Assembly (NCBI GenBank): GCA_036172245.1
Contig: JAYWIR010000002.1
Location: 2,418,001-2,482,000 of the forward strand
Source of the DNA: Raillietiella orientalis
Lineage: Eukaryota
Length of the DNA stretch: 64,000 nt
Direction: 5' to 3'
A program made the translations under genes and the position numbers. Within the stretch, counting starts at the first letter, position 1, and each line of letters starts with the position of its first letter. This document shows positions 47,487 through 59,164 of the stretch, piece by piece. The notes below the pieces were generated by a model, which saw nothing but the letters and a program-made list of their open reading frames with translations, was not told the origin of the DNA and did no database searches.

Positions 47487-48116
47487 GTAAGGGATGTCGA
47501 CTTCTGGGTGAGCTCCCTCAATCTTACGAAGGAAGATCATGAGATCCTCAGATCGACAGGGCGCCCTGGATGGCTAACCGATAAGCACATCAACGCCGCC
47601 AACATATTGCTGAAGAAATCGTATCCCCGCATCAAGGGCAACATCAACCCCGTGCAGGTGTGCTACGGGAAGAAAGCCCTGAACATTGACAAGCCCTTCG
47701 TACAAATAATGAACATGGATGGAATTCACTGGGTGTGCCTAGCCAGCGTCAACTGCAGGGCCGACACCTTGGTCCTTTATAACACGATGGAAACAGCGGA
47801 CCATTTAAGCGAACAGTTCCTCAACGATGTGGCCAAAGTGAATGGCGGCGAAAATTATGTGATAGCCGTCGCCAACTGTCAGAAGCAGCACAATTCCTAC
47901 GACTGCGGAGTGTACGCTATAGCGATAGCACTCGACCTCTGTCGAGGGGAGGAGCCGGTTTGCAGAATGTATAATCCAACAAAGCTGAGAGCTCATCTCG
48001 AATTCTGCTTCGATAAGCGGAAGCTGATCCCTTTTCCAGCAGTTTTCCGGCACGTTTCTTATTCTATTCTCAAATACATACCTGGTCCAAAATTCAGGGG
48101 ACATAGCTTCCCTTGA
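47487..48116 (+). CDS. Ulp1/SENP-like (peptidase C48, CE clan) cysteine protease domain exon
   Basis: GWLTDKHINAA, FVQIMN..GIHWVCL, LVLYNT, CQKQHNSYDCGVYAIAIA motifs; uninterrupted ~210 codons after acceptor catcatag; in-frame stop just upstream so a 5' exon or trans-splice is required. Confidence 0.88.
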   Translation, partial: VRDVDFWVSSLNLTKEDHEILRSTGRPGWLTDKHINAANILLKKSYPRIKGNINPVQVCYGKKALNIDKPFVQIMNMDGIHWVCLASVNCRADTLVLYNTMETADHLSEQFLNDVAKVNGGENYVIAVANCQKQHNSYDCGVYAIAIALDLCRGEEPVCRMYNPTKLRAHLEFCFDKRKLIPFPAVFRHVSYSILKYIPGPKFRGHSFP

Positions 48117-48849
48117 TGACATCTGTCCTGAGTTCTTAGCCATTAACAGTCCATAAGAGCACGTTTTCAAGAAGTTGCTTCCAACAGAACTGAAGTGCGG
48201 ACAAGCGAATGAACTGGATCTGTAGTTCCTTTCTCCTTCGAGGGTGCATCAAAGGAGAAAAAGAGTCCCTCATTTGGGCATTTCCTTCAATTCTGTAATA
48301 ATCATCAACCGATAACCGACGCGCAAGAGAGTTTAACAAGATCAACTTTCTAGCAGATAAATCTTGTCTTTTTCCTCTTCGTTCTCTAAGGTATAAGATA
48401 AGTACGCTTTGCAGCTGAGATGGATAAGCGTGGCATTGGGTTGCCGCAGCTGAGCTGGCTTCATCTGTAGCGACTCGATTACCTGTGAAGTGTTGCTAAC
48501 CACCTGCGTTATTACACATCCAGCTCACCTTTGCTCCTCACCGTAGAGGAGGATTACCTTCCTTTTCATGACAATCATATCAGAGTCTGTTGTTTGCTCT
48601 TTCTTCGGAAATACTTTGAATCACTGTTACGAGGAACTTGCTAATGATTCATGGAGAATTCATTCAGCACATGCTCTATATTGGATGCTTTCATCCTTAT
48701 TCCTTCTGGAAGAGTAGCACAGACAGATAAAGCGTAATCCGTCTTCCCTGTTTTTTCCTTTACAAAAGCATTTTATCTAGACTTTGTCGCCAGTTGAGCT
48801 ATGAGGGTCCGTAGGAATCAAGACTTTGATAAAAGTCTATCTATCTACC

Positions 48850-49420
48850 GAGAGGGATGAGCTGATCACTTTTGGTGGCGCATCAAGTTCCTGTCAACAT
48901 GAGTATCAGAAAGCTCATAGCACCTCTTTTCTGTGGGAATTTGACACCTAATAATAAAGATGCTAAGCGCTGAAATCTGTTTGGAGGCTTTTCGCATCTC
49001 CGCGGTGCATTTGGATCAGTGTCCTAAGAAGTACTTTCATTCCACATATCAAACACGCCTCAGATATTATCTCCTACTTTAGGAAAGTATCCGTTCTTTA
49101 AACAAGCTTGTCGCTGAAGGCAGTGAGCTAGGTTTCTGTAACATTACATTTGTATCCTCAAGAAGTTGGAAGATCCGATCGAAACTGAATCCACGAGAAT
49201 CCCCAAACGCTAAAATGAGCCACTTGCGAAAGCACACAGTGCTCAAATGAAGATCGTGGCAGTTTCCAAAGCAGTTTTTCATATGAAACATGGGTGAGCA
49301 ATGAATAGGCTGCGTCGCCACAAAACAAAGCTCCAGGTAATGAGGAAAGAATGAAATCGCAGCTTGATCTTAGCCCTGAAGGTAGCCTATGGATACGACT
49401 AGCTGGAGACTTGCGAAGAA
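48850..49420 (-). mobile_element. Possible highly decayed non-LTR RT remnant
   Basis: Weak echoes of RT motifs (IHCSPMFHMKNCFGNCHDLHL ~ V.PI.K..NYRPISL; DNI*GVFDMW ~ LD..GAFD); many stops. Confidence 0.25.
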
Positions 49421-50442
49421 CACTCTGCAATTTTGACCCAGAAAGAAAGAAAATGGTAATGATCTTTTGATTTCTCCTATTATAGGCATTTTCTCCTATA
49501 TAGAGAACTGTGAGATTAGTCAGAATAACAGCAGAAATATTCTCCGAAAAAAACTTCTTTCCGAAGGACGGATTGCGGACTTCAGATTACTCCCCGGAGC
49601 TGCATAAAACTTGTGTGTGTAATCCAAGAGGGAGATCAGTAGTATCTAAGTTTAGCTGGGCTTCGGACAACGGTCGATAGCTGCGGCTAAGAGTCCGCAA
49701 AGTGGGTTCCCAGCAAGCTGCAGAGGATGCCATCAACGAAAGAATGACATACAGTAAGAGAGAACTGCAATTGTGCAGACGGATAGTGATTCCCTTAATA
49801 AGGTTAGCTATGAATTCAGGCGATTTTGGTAGTAGCCGCGGTCATTAATTGCTGTGAGAAGGAACGTGCATTCTTGGAGAAAGGTACAGATGAGATCTTT
49901 GGCATTTGAAAAGATTATAATTCACAGATGAGTGTGTCAACAACCGGAGATGATCTAGAAACTCCATCAAAATGATCATGTGAAAGAACAAGAGAGAGTG
50001 TGTTGGTCATAGTTGGCAGCGAAAGGCAAAACGAAATAGAGTTCTTTCAAAGTCTGTTCAAAGAAAACACACCCTTGAGAGGCGTTTGAGCCAGTCACCA
50101 CGGACGCCACTCTAACTCAAGTCTGAGGAAAGTTCTGATGACGTTCAGAATCGTGGGAAACGCTCTATTTTTTTTTCTCTCTCTCTTTCTCTCTGAAGAA
50201 TGATTTATTATAAAATGAGATTTGAACAAGGATGAATACGTTCACGAAATCCACGTTTGTCACATGAACGTGAAATACAAACGAGTTCTTCATTTTTCGC
50301 AAGCTTTCTTTTTAGCAGTGAACAGTCGAAATACAGTAGCGATTTATCCAGGAAGTTATGCCTTTTTGAAGCTCCTCCTGAAACCCTCTCAAGGGGAATT
50401 TTGCCAGCTCCGCCGAAGGAGCAGCGTTGTATTGGTCAGGCA

Positions 50443-50745
50443 AGTCGTCGGCTCATCACCGTGTCGGTGGCTCATCATGGCATCGGGTCATCTCCGGCGT
50501 CGTCTCATCTTCGGGTCTTCGACTCATCTCCCGGTCGCTGGCCGATCGCCGTGCCGATGGATGATCGTCATGTCGGCTTTTTTGGCTTGTTCGGGTCTTC
50601 GGCTCATCTTGGTGTCTTTGGCTGATCCTCGCAACGTCAACTGATCTCTGTGTCGTTGGCTCATCTCGGAGGCGTCGGCTGATCGCCGTGTCGATCAATG
50701 ATCAGTCAGCTCATCTCCGTGTGGCTGCCTGATCATCGTGTCGTC
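50443..50745. repeat. Degenerate ~20-bp minisatellite (gtcg..ggctcatc..)
   Basis: Recurrent ggctcatc/gctgatc/ggtcatc cores at roughly 20-nt spacing. Confidence 0.75.
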
Positions 50746-52763
50746 AACGTATTTTCGAGATTCCCTTCGGCATTTGGCGGAGGTTTGCCTGGATATCGCT
50801 ATGATATGATGAATCAATGGCACATTTTTAACGTTGAATTCAAGTGGTCAAGAATTTGATTTTAATAACTCAGTTACACCTCTTCACATCTTCAAACCAC
50901 TCAGATTGGAAAGATGGGGAAAGGAAGCACCCAAATCATGATAATCGAAGATGCAGAACAAAAACAAATGAATTCTGCGTGGAGATTTCAGATTGCAAAT
51001 TCACCTCTTAGTGGTAAAATCGCCGAAATCGCCGTGGTAAAAAATATATATCGTCGTATGAGTAATTTTAGTAGATGCCAGCAATATTATTTAGCATGGA
51101 GCAGGAAAAATCAGTAATTTCTGTGCGAGGTATAATGCGTTTGAGAGCTAAGTTTAAATACAAGAATTAGTTCCATCAAGAGCGACAAATAAATTTTTGA
51201 GCAGATGTTCAGGTTCAGTTCTCATTTTCATCTTTTGGTGCCAATTTTCACTTTGTTTCCGTTTGTTGGAATCATGGAATAATGGAATTCGTTCATCCTC
51301 TTGGTGCAACCGTGCAACACTTCATTGCTGATCTGAGGAGCTCTTCCCACGCTTCGATTTTTGCACAGTAGCTTGACGCTGATTGATTTCTGAAGCAAGT
51401 GTCAGGTAGTACACGTGTGCCGTACGATCAAGGAGAAAGCTCTTCAGGTGGAGCACGAGGGAAGTTCCCCGTTCAGAGGTTCCGCAACCCACCTTTCCGT
51501 CCATCGCACCCTGAAGCTGTGCCTCGCTGAAGAAGTGGTCTTGCCCCCTCCGCGTGTTCTCTGCCCGCCGGTTCCTCCCCTATGTCCCCGTTGCGTGTGC
51601 TGAGAAGCATGTGTACACGGAGGATCAATGCAGGCAGCGCCCGCCTTCCGTACCGATTGCCCGACCGTGTACGGAGTGCACGAGCGGAGACCGCCGGTCG
51701 GTACGTGTGGCACGGCAGGCCGGGAGTGCGCGTGACGTGTGCGGGCGGTGGGCGGTTGCCGTTCCGGATCGTCTCAGCAATTCCGTGGTATAAAAAAAAG
51801 AAAGTGGGATAAACTTTTCAAGGCAGCATTCAAAGGCAGCTGTTTCAAAAGCAGGGAAACACCTCATCTTGGATGGATTGGGATGCAATTGGTGCCTTGC
51901 GTTTATGTGTGCTTTTGTCGTCACGTTCGTTTGGAGTGCGGACATGCAGAATGTGTTCCTCATCTAGAGGAATGTGGTGCTTTGGAAAGGGATGGTGATT
52001 TTATTACTCATCTGAGAATCGGTGGGCTGATAAGTAATCAAGTATATCTTGTCCTTTGCCGCGCTTTACTGACATTTTCCAAAGTAGATTGGCCAATACG
52101 CCCAACAATTGCTGGAGCTTCAGATATAATTTTTTCCATGATTCAAAAATTCAAAAGTTGTTTATCCTGCTAGGATAATTTTTTTGCCTACAACCTCGCG
52201 AGACTGAAATACTGTGCGATCATTCACCAAGGAATCTTGAATGTTAGGAAAACAAAATTGCTATTTTTGGGCCTCACTCTGATCAAACACATCCCTAAAC
52301 ACCAAAAATTTTTTGTTGTGTGTGAATGCAAACTGTATCCTTCCTGCAGCACTTGTGTTGGATGACGTAAATTTAAGGAACCTCACGAAAACGTTTATTG
52401 CCGTTCAATGCATTATTTCTTCTAATTACTAGTTAGCTGAAGTTCAGTGTTCCTGAACATTCACTAATTGGGCTTTTGCATCATCTTGAACGATTATAAG
52501 AATGTACTCTTCTGAAAAGGCTGTTGATGCAAGTAATCGAATCATTTTGAATAGTCATGCATTTGGGTGGTATGCTTTAAAAAAAATTAGGTTTCAGAAT
52601 TTGAACAATTTTTTTTTACTTCCAGATTGTAAAGAATTTTAAGATTTTCAAGTTAAAATGTAAATAATACTTGCATAGCTTTATTTTAATTCCTACGATA
52701 ATTCCTACAATCATTTTGAGTATTTACTATTCCTTCTACAGTTTCAAATTCATATAAACAATC

Positions 52764-55700
52764 ATGACAGATTCCAAATATTTCACTACTACCAAAAAAG
52801 GAGAGATATTTGAACTGAAATCTGAACTAAACAGTGATAAAAAGGAAAAGAAAAAAGAAGCTGTAAAAAAGGTCGATCATGTTTTCTTTTACAGTCACCA
52901 CTGTATTTAAGTATAGTAGTCTAAGTAAAAAAGTTCAGAACTTCCCCATGTCAATCATATTGTGTTTTTTACATAGTTTTCTGTTCATGTTTTAGGTTAT
53001 TGCCGCAATGACTATCGGAAAAGATGTTTCTTCCTTATTTCCTGATGTAGTGAACTGTATGCAGACTGATAATTTGGAACTTAAAAAATTAGTGTATCTG
53101 TATTTGATGAATTATGCCAAAAGTCAACCAGATATGGCAATAATGGCTGTGAACACTTTTGTAAAGGTGCAAATTATTATCATAAGTTCATTTACAATAA
53201 TTCCATATCCTTCATAGAATTAACATCTAAAAAGATAATGAGTTATTATTCTTGATTGTAATTTATTATGAATAATTTTGTTTGTTGGCATGTTCTGCTT
53301 TGTAAGATTAAAGGTGCCTCATCCTTCAGGAGGCACATGTTAGATTGCTTGTAGTGTTCAGAAGACACTAAGATCAGATTTACTCTGTCATATGTCATGG
53401 TTTTCCAGTTTTCTGTTTATGCATCCAATTGAAATTGCATCATTACATTTTAGATGAGCATTTTAAGTTGATAATTCCATGACCCATTTGAACTTAGTCT
53501 TAATTAGGATTTAGGTCTCATGTGCAGCTGTTTTGTGGGTTTTATGTGGGTAACTGCTTTCATTTGTATCAAGTTAAAGCATAAAAATTTTGTTCCCTAA
53601 AAATTTTGCATTTCTTGAATTAGAAAAATTGCTTAAGATATCAGTCTTTTGATATGCATCTGATGCCAAATATTTTGTATCTAGAAATTCAATCTCACTT
53701 GATTTGCTCATTGTTATCAGTAAGCTGTGCATTGAATTAAACTCATCTGTAAAGTATATTCTTACTTTATTCAGAGTAATCATATTACACTGAACTTTTT
53801 TTGAAAATTTCTGCTCAATTAAATGTTATTCAAGGGACATCTAGGACTTTTAGTGCAAATCTTTTCAATCTAATCAACGATGTCAAATGCTTGTATTATC
53901 CTATGCAATAAGTAAAAGGTTTGTTAAATTATAAACGTGAATTGGGGATTATCAAATCTTAATTTTGAACTTGGGTGATAACTACTTGGGTGTTTGTAAG
54001 TGGTTTTTTGATTCATTTTTGACAAGTCATTTGGAGGGAGGGGGTTGATCAAAAACAATCAAATTTTCCAAATGTAATTAGAAAGAAGAAAACAATGATC
54101 CATATAATTCATAAAGAATAAGTGGAATTCAATAATGAATATGTTCAAGTAGGAGACTTAAAATGGAAAAGTGACCTTTAGTATTCATTTCTCCAAATGA
54201 TTTCCTTTTATGTTTTCATGAAGAAAATGTTGAGCAGATGTCAATCATGTAAATGAATCGTTTTTTTGTTTTTACTTGTTTATTTATCACATGGCAGTTC
54301 AACAAAAAAAAAAAAAAGGGAAAAAGTTGATTCTAGAAAATTCAAGGGTTTGTTCTCAGGCTTATATATCTGCAAGTGTTGAAAATTGGTATCAGAGTTT
54401 AAACGCGAAAATTATTTGTGAATGTAAAAAGAATTTCTTCATTTTAGGATTGTGAAGATCCAAATCCACTTATTCGTTCTTTAGCTGTTAGAACTATGGG
54501 ATGCATCAGGGTTGATAAGATCACAGAATATCTCTGCGAACCCTTGAGGTAAAACAAGTTGACTTAAGTCTTTGATTTGAATTCCGTGTTCAGAAAATGT
54601 TTGAAAGATGAGGATCCTTATGTAAGGAAGACAGCAGCAGTTTGTGTTGCCAAGTTGCATGATATTAATGCTTCTTTAGTGCAAGATCAAGGATTTTTAG
54701 ATCTACTCAAAGAATTATTGAGCGATTCCAATCCTATGGTAGACAGTTTCTTACATTTAAGTCATCTTATCTGAAAGTTGATCATATCAGGTAGTAGCAA
54801 ATGCAGTGGCTGCTTTATCAGAAATTAATGAGACCAGTGATGCAGATTCAATGATTATTGAAATGGATACTCGTACTATTGCCAAATTACTTACAGCATT
54901 AAATGATTGCACTGAGTGGGGACAGGTTTTTATCCTTGACTCGTTAGCAAATTATCAACCTGCTGATGAGAGGGAGGTCAAAAGGCAAGATTATGTCATG
55001 CATATTCCCTATAGCATTGCTTTCATGTTCTCTATAATATGTGTGCCATATTATGATGATGCTTGTGCATACATATGATGTCTGATCATCCTTTTAGCAT
55101 TTGTGAAAGAGTGACTCCTCGTCTGGCACATGCCAATGCAGCTGTTGTTCTTTCAGCAGTTAAGGTGCTGATGAATTACATGGAGGTTCTAGAATCAGTA
55201 GATCCGGAATTTGTAACTCTGCTGACTAAGAAACTGGCTCCTCCATTAGTCACTTTGCTTTCTGCTGAGCCAGAAGTAACTTGTAATTTCCTGTTTGCAA
55301 ATGAGATGCCTAATCCATTACTAGGTGCAATATGTAGCCTTGCGCAATATCAATTTAATAGTCCAGAAGAGACCCGACATTTTGAAAAATGAAATGAAGG
55401 TTTTTTTCGTTAAATACAACGATCCTATTTATGTAAAGCTGGAAAAATTGGATATCATGATTAGATTAGCCAACCAGGCAAACATTGATCAAGTGTTGTC
55501 TGAATTAAAAGAGTAAGCATCATGAAGTTTTGAGCTTCTACTTAGTAAATATGATAGGTATGCCACTGAAGTGGATGTTGATTTTGTACGCAAATCAGTA
55601 AGAGCTATAGGAAGATGTGCCATCAAGGTAGAACAGAGTGCTGCCCGATGTGTGCCTACTTTAATGGAACTGATTGGTTTCAAGGTCAGTTTTGATGTAA

Positions 55701-57531
55701 CAAGAAAAAATTCAGTCATTTAATAGGTCAATTATGTTGTTCAAGAAGCTATTGTAGTCATCAAGGATATTTTTCGCAAATATCCTAACAAATATGAATC
55801 CATTATTTCTTATCTGTGTGAGAATTTGGATACTCTTGATGAACCTGAAGCTCGAGCATCAATGATCTGGATTATAGGGGAATATGCTGAGCGCATTGAT
55901 AATGCAGATGAATTGCTGGAGGGCTTTCTGGATGGTTTTCATGATGAGAATCCCCAAGTTCAGCTCCAGCTTTTGACAGCAATAGTCAAACTGTTTTTGA
56001 AACGACCAACAGATACACAAGAATTGGTGCAACAAGTTTTGACTTTGGCTACCCAGCGTTCAGATAATCCAGATCTTAGGGATCGAGGATTCATTTATTG
56101 GCGATTACTGTCAACTGATCCAGTGGCTACTAAGGAAATAGTTCTTGCAGAAAAACCGTTGATTTCTGAAGAAACCGATCTCCTGGAGCCGAGTTTGCTC
56201 AATGAACTGATTTGTAACATAGCTTCATTGGCATCAGTTTATCACAAGCCTCCCAGTGCTTTTGTAGAGGGTGCAGTTCCTCGTAGAATGCCTCCTTCTA
56301 GGTAAACATCCGAAATTTATTAATTATTTCTCATTAATTGTAAATTTAATCTAGAAACATAGATGCACCTCCTGAGCGTCCAGTGCAAGTACTTCAGACC
56401 CAAGTCATTCCATCCCATGATTCTCTGATAGGAGATTTGTTGCGGATTGATCTCAATACACCTCCAATCATTCCATCAAGTAGTGCACCTCCTCCAACTT
56501 CAGCACTTCCCGATTTGTTGAGCAGTGGACTAGATAGCTTGGTAGCGTTTTCCTCCTGTGTTTCTGTAACTGAACCTATTTATAGATTGGTGATGTAAAA
56601 GCACCTAGTGCAGCACCTGTTGTGCCACCACCTTCTAGCCATCCTCCATTATCTTCTGCTGCTCTTCTGGGAGATATTTTCGGTTTTACACCTTCAACAA
56701 CAGGATATGTTCCTCCCAAACAGCTGTGGCTCAATCCACATGTTGGAAAAAGTCTGGAAATATGTGGCACATTTTCCCGAAGGTTAACAGTATAGCTATG
56801 TTGGTTATGCACAGTGCATTTCAGATCAGGTCAGATTTACATGGATATGACCTTCTCAAACAGAGCATTGCAACCTCTCACTGGTTTTGCCATCCAACTC
56901 AATAGGAACAGGTAGAGTTTATCGGTAAAGGACGTAAGATTCAAAGGATTTCAGCTTTGGACTAACTCCAAGTCAGCAACTTCAAGTACCTACATTGACT
57001 CCTGGATCTTTTTATGATACTTCTTTGCCACTTGCAACTAATGGTTCTGTTCAGAAGATGGAACCATTGACCAATGTCCAAGTGGCAATCAAAACAAATG
57101 TGGATATCGTTTATTTTCAATGTGTAGCACCTATGCATGTTTTGTTTACGGAAGAAGGTCAGATGGACAAGAAAACATTCCTTTCCACATGGAAAGAGAT
57201 TCCTTCTCAAAATGAGATGCAGTATACAATTAGCAACTTGGATCTGAGCACAGGTGCTGAAAGATATAAGGAAGTATAAGTACATGACTGTCTTTTTCTA
57301 GATGCTATGTGTCAAAAGCTTCAGCAGAACAATATCTTTACAGTTGCTCGCAGTTATGTTGAGGGAAAAGATATGTTATATCAGTCAATCAAACTGACCA
57401 ATGGCATTTGGGTGCTTGCAGAGCTACGGACTCAACCAGGCAGTTGCACACTCACTTTAGCACTCAAGACAAGATCTGTGGAAGTGGTAGAGGGAGTGCA
57501 TCAGAGCTATGAAAGAATCTTACGAAGTTAG
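52764..57531 (+). CDS. AP1B1/AP2B1: AP-1/AP-2 adaptor complex beta subunit (beta-adaptin), multi-exon
   Basis: [126 protein letters not shown]; appendage ending [16 protein letters not shown]...ILRS*. Confidence 0.98.
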
Positions 57532-57732
57532 AATTGTACTTATTGGTCATCATGTTATATTATATTTCTGTATCGCTATTTTGTTTATTGATTGTGGTGG
57601 GAGCACATCAGTGCACTTGACCACCATGTTTCAGAAGTAGATGTTTAGCTCATTGGTATTCCTGTAGCACTTGCGCTGGGTTATCCTGGCATCATTTTCT
57701 GTTGCAACTTTTGATATCAAATGGGAACAGGG

Positions 57733-57738
57733 AATAAA
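57733..57738 (+). promoter_or_regulatory. AATAAA polyadenylation signal, probably of beta-adaptin
   Basis: The only canonical AATAAA I see between the adaptin stop (57531) and pelota ATG (57773). Confidence 0.5.
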
Positions 57739-57772
57739 TCACAGCTAAGCTGTATAGAGAAACACATTTGTG

Positions 57773-59164
57773 ATGAAGCTTGTTTATCGGAATATCGAAA
57801 AAGATGGCAAAGGGTAAGCTAAGCTTAAGTGGAAACAAAATCTTAGGGGCTGTAGATGCATCACGCTAATACCCGAGGAAGAGGAAGATATGTGGCATGC
57901 ATACAATTTAGTTAGCGAAGGTGATCTATTGCGTTCCTCCACAATAAGGTAGGTAACAAGCAAGAGATTTCTCTTTTAAATAGAAGTTTCAGGAAAGTAC
58001 AGACCGAGTCAACCACAGGTTCTTCAAGCAGTTGCAGGATTCGAACTACACTAACTCTTCAGGTGGAAGTAACAGATTTTGATACACAGGCTTGTGTGTT
58101 GCGTGTTAAAGGGCGTAATAAGGAGGAAAATCAATATGTTAAGGTAAGAGGTTGACAGTAGGGAGTGTACAATGTCCTGGAGCCACAGATGGGTGCTTAT
58201 CACACCATAGATTTGGAATTGAACAGGAAGTTTTCCCTAACAAAAGAATGCTGGGACTCCGTATCTTTAGACAGGGTTGAATTAGCTTGTAACTGCATGA
58301 AACATGCTGATTTGGCTGCCGTGGTAATGCAGGAAGGGATCGCACATGTGTGCCTAGTTACTGCTAGCATGACAGTTGTCAGGGCCAAAATTGATATGGC
58401 CATACCCGGTAAACGGAAGGGAAATTGCTCCCAGCATGAGAAAGTAGAGTCTATTCAATGCCCTGCAATGCCACTAAATCAAGTTTTGATAGGGCTTGTT
58501 GCGGTTCTATGATGCAGTCATGCAAGCCATTTTGCGTCACTTTGACTTTAATGTGGTGCGCTGTGTGTTGTTGGCCAGCCCTGGTTTTGTTAAGGACCAG
58601 TTTTTTCAATACATGATGCAGCAAGCAATTAAATCAGATTTGCGAGTGCTGATGGAAAACAAATCCAAGTTCCTACTCGTTCATTCATCCAGTGGATTTA
58701 AGCATTCTCTGAGAGAAGTGCTGTCAGATGGGGCAGTGTTGACAAAACTCTCAGATGTTAAAGCAAGCAAGGAAGTCCGTACTCTGGAACAGTTTTTTTC
58801 AATGTTAAAAACTGACCCATGTAGAGCTTATTATAGTCTTAAACATGTGATGAAAGCCTGTGATGCTAATGCCATAGAAACTTTAATGATAACGGATACG
58901 CTCTTTCGTTCCAAAGATTTGACACAGAGAAAAGCCTGTGTGAAATTAGTTGATGCTGTAAGAGATTGTGGAGGTGAAGTAAGAATTTTTTCCAGTCTAC
59001 ATGTTTCTGGAGAACGTAAGCATTATTGTGTAATTGTTTGGGATTGTGTTTATTAACGTGAGATCTCTTCAGAATTAGATCAGTTATCAGGTATTGCTGC
59101 TATATTGAGATTTCCATTACCAGAATCAGAAGATGAAGATTCTGATGGTGCAGACACAGACTAA
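57773..59164 (+). CDS. PELO: Pelota (Dom34) mRNA surveillance/ribosome rescue factor, 6 exons
   Basis: MKLVYRNIEKDGKG|CITLIPEEEEDMWHAYNL; STIR|KVQTESTTGSS; LRVKGRN.EENQYVK|MGAYHTIDLE; ASPGFVKD; IFSSLHVSGE|QLDQLSGIAAILRFPLPE. Confidence 0.98.

Noticed and set aside
8796..48116. Maverick/Polinton or endogenous virus explaining the GC-rich block
   Set aside because: No pPolB, integrase, ATPase or capsid motifs seen; the protease is Ulp1-type and the genes have spliceosomal introns
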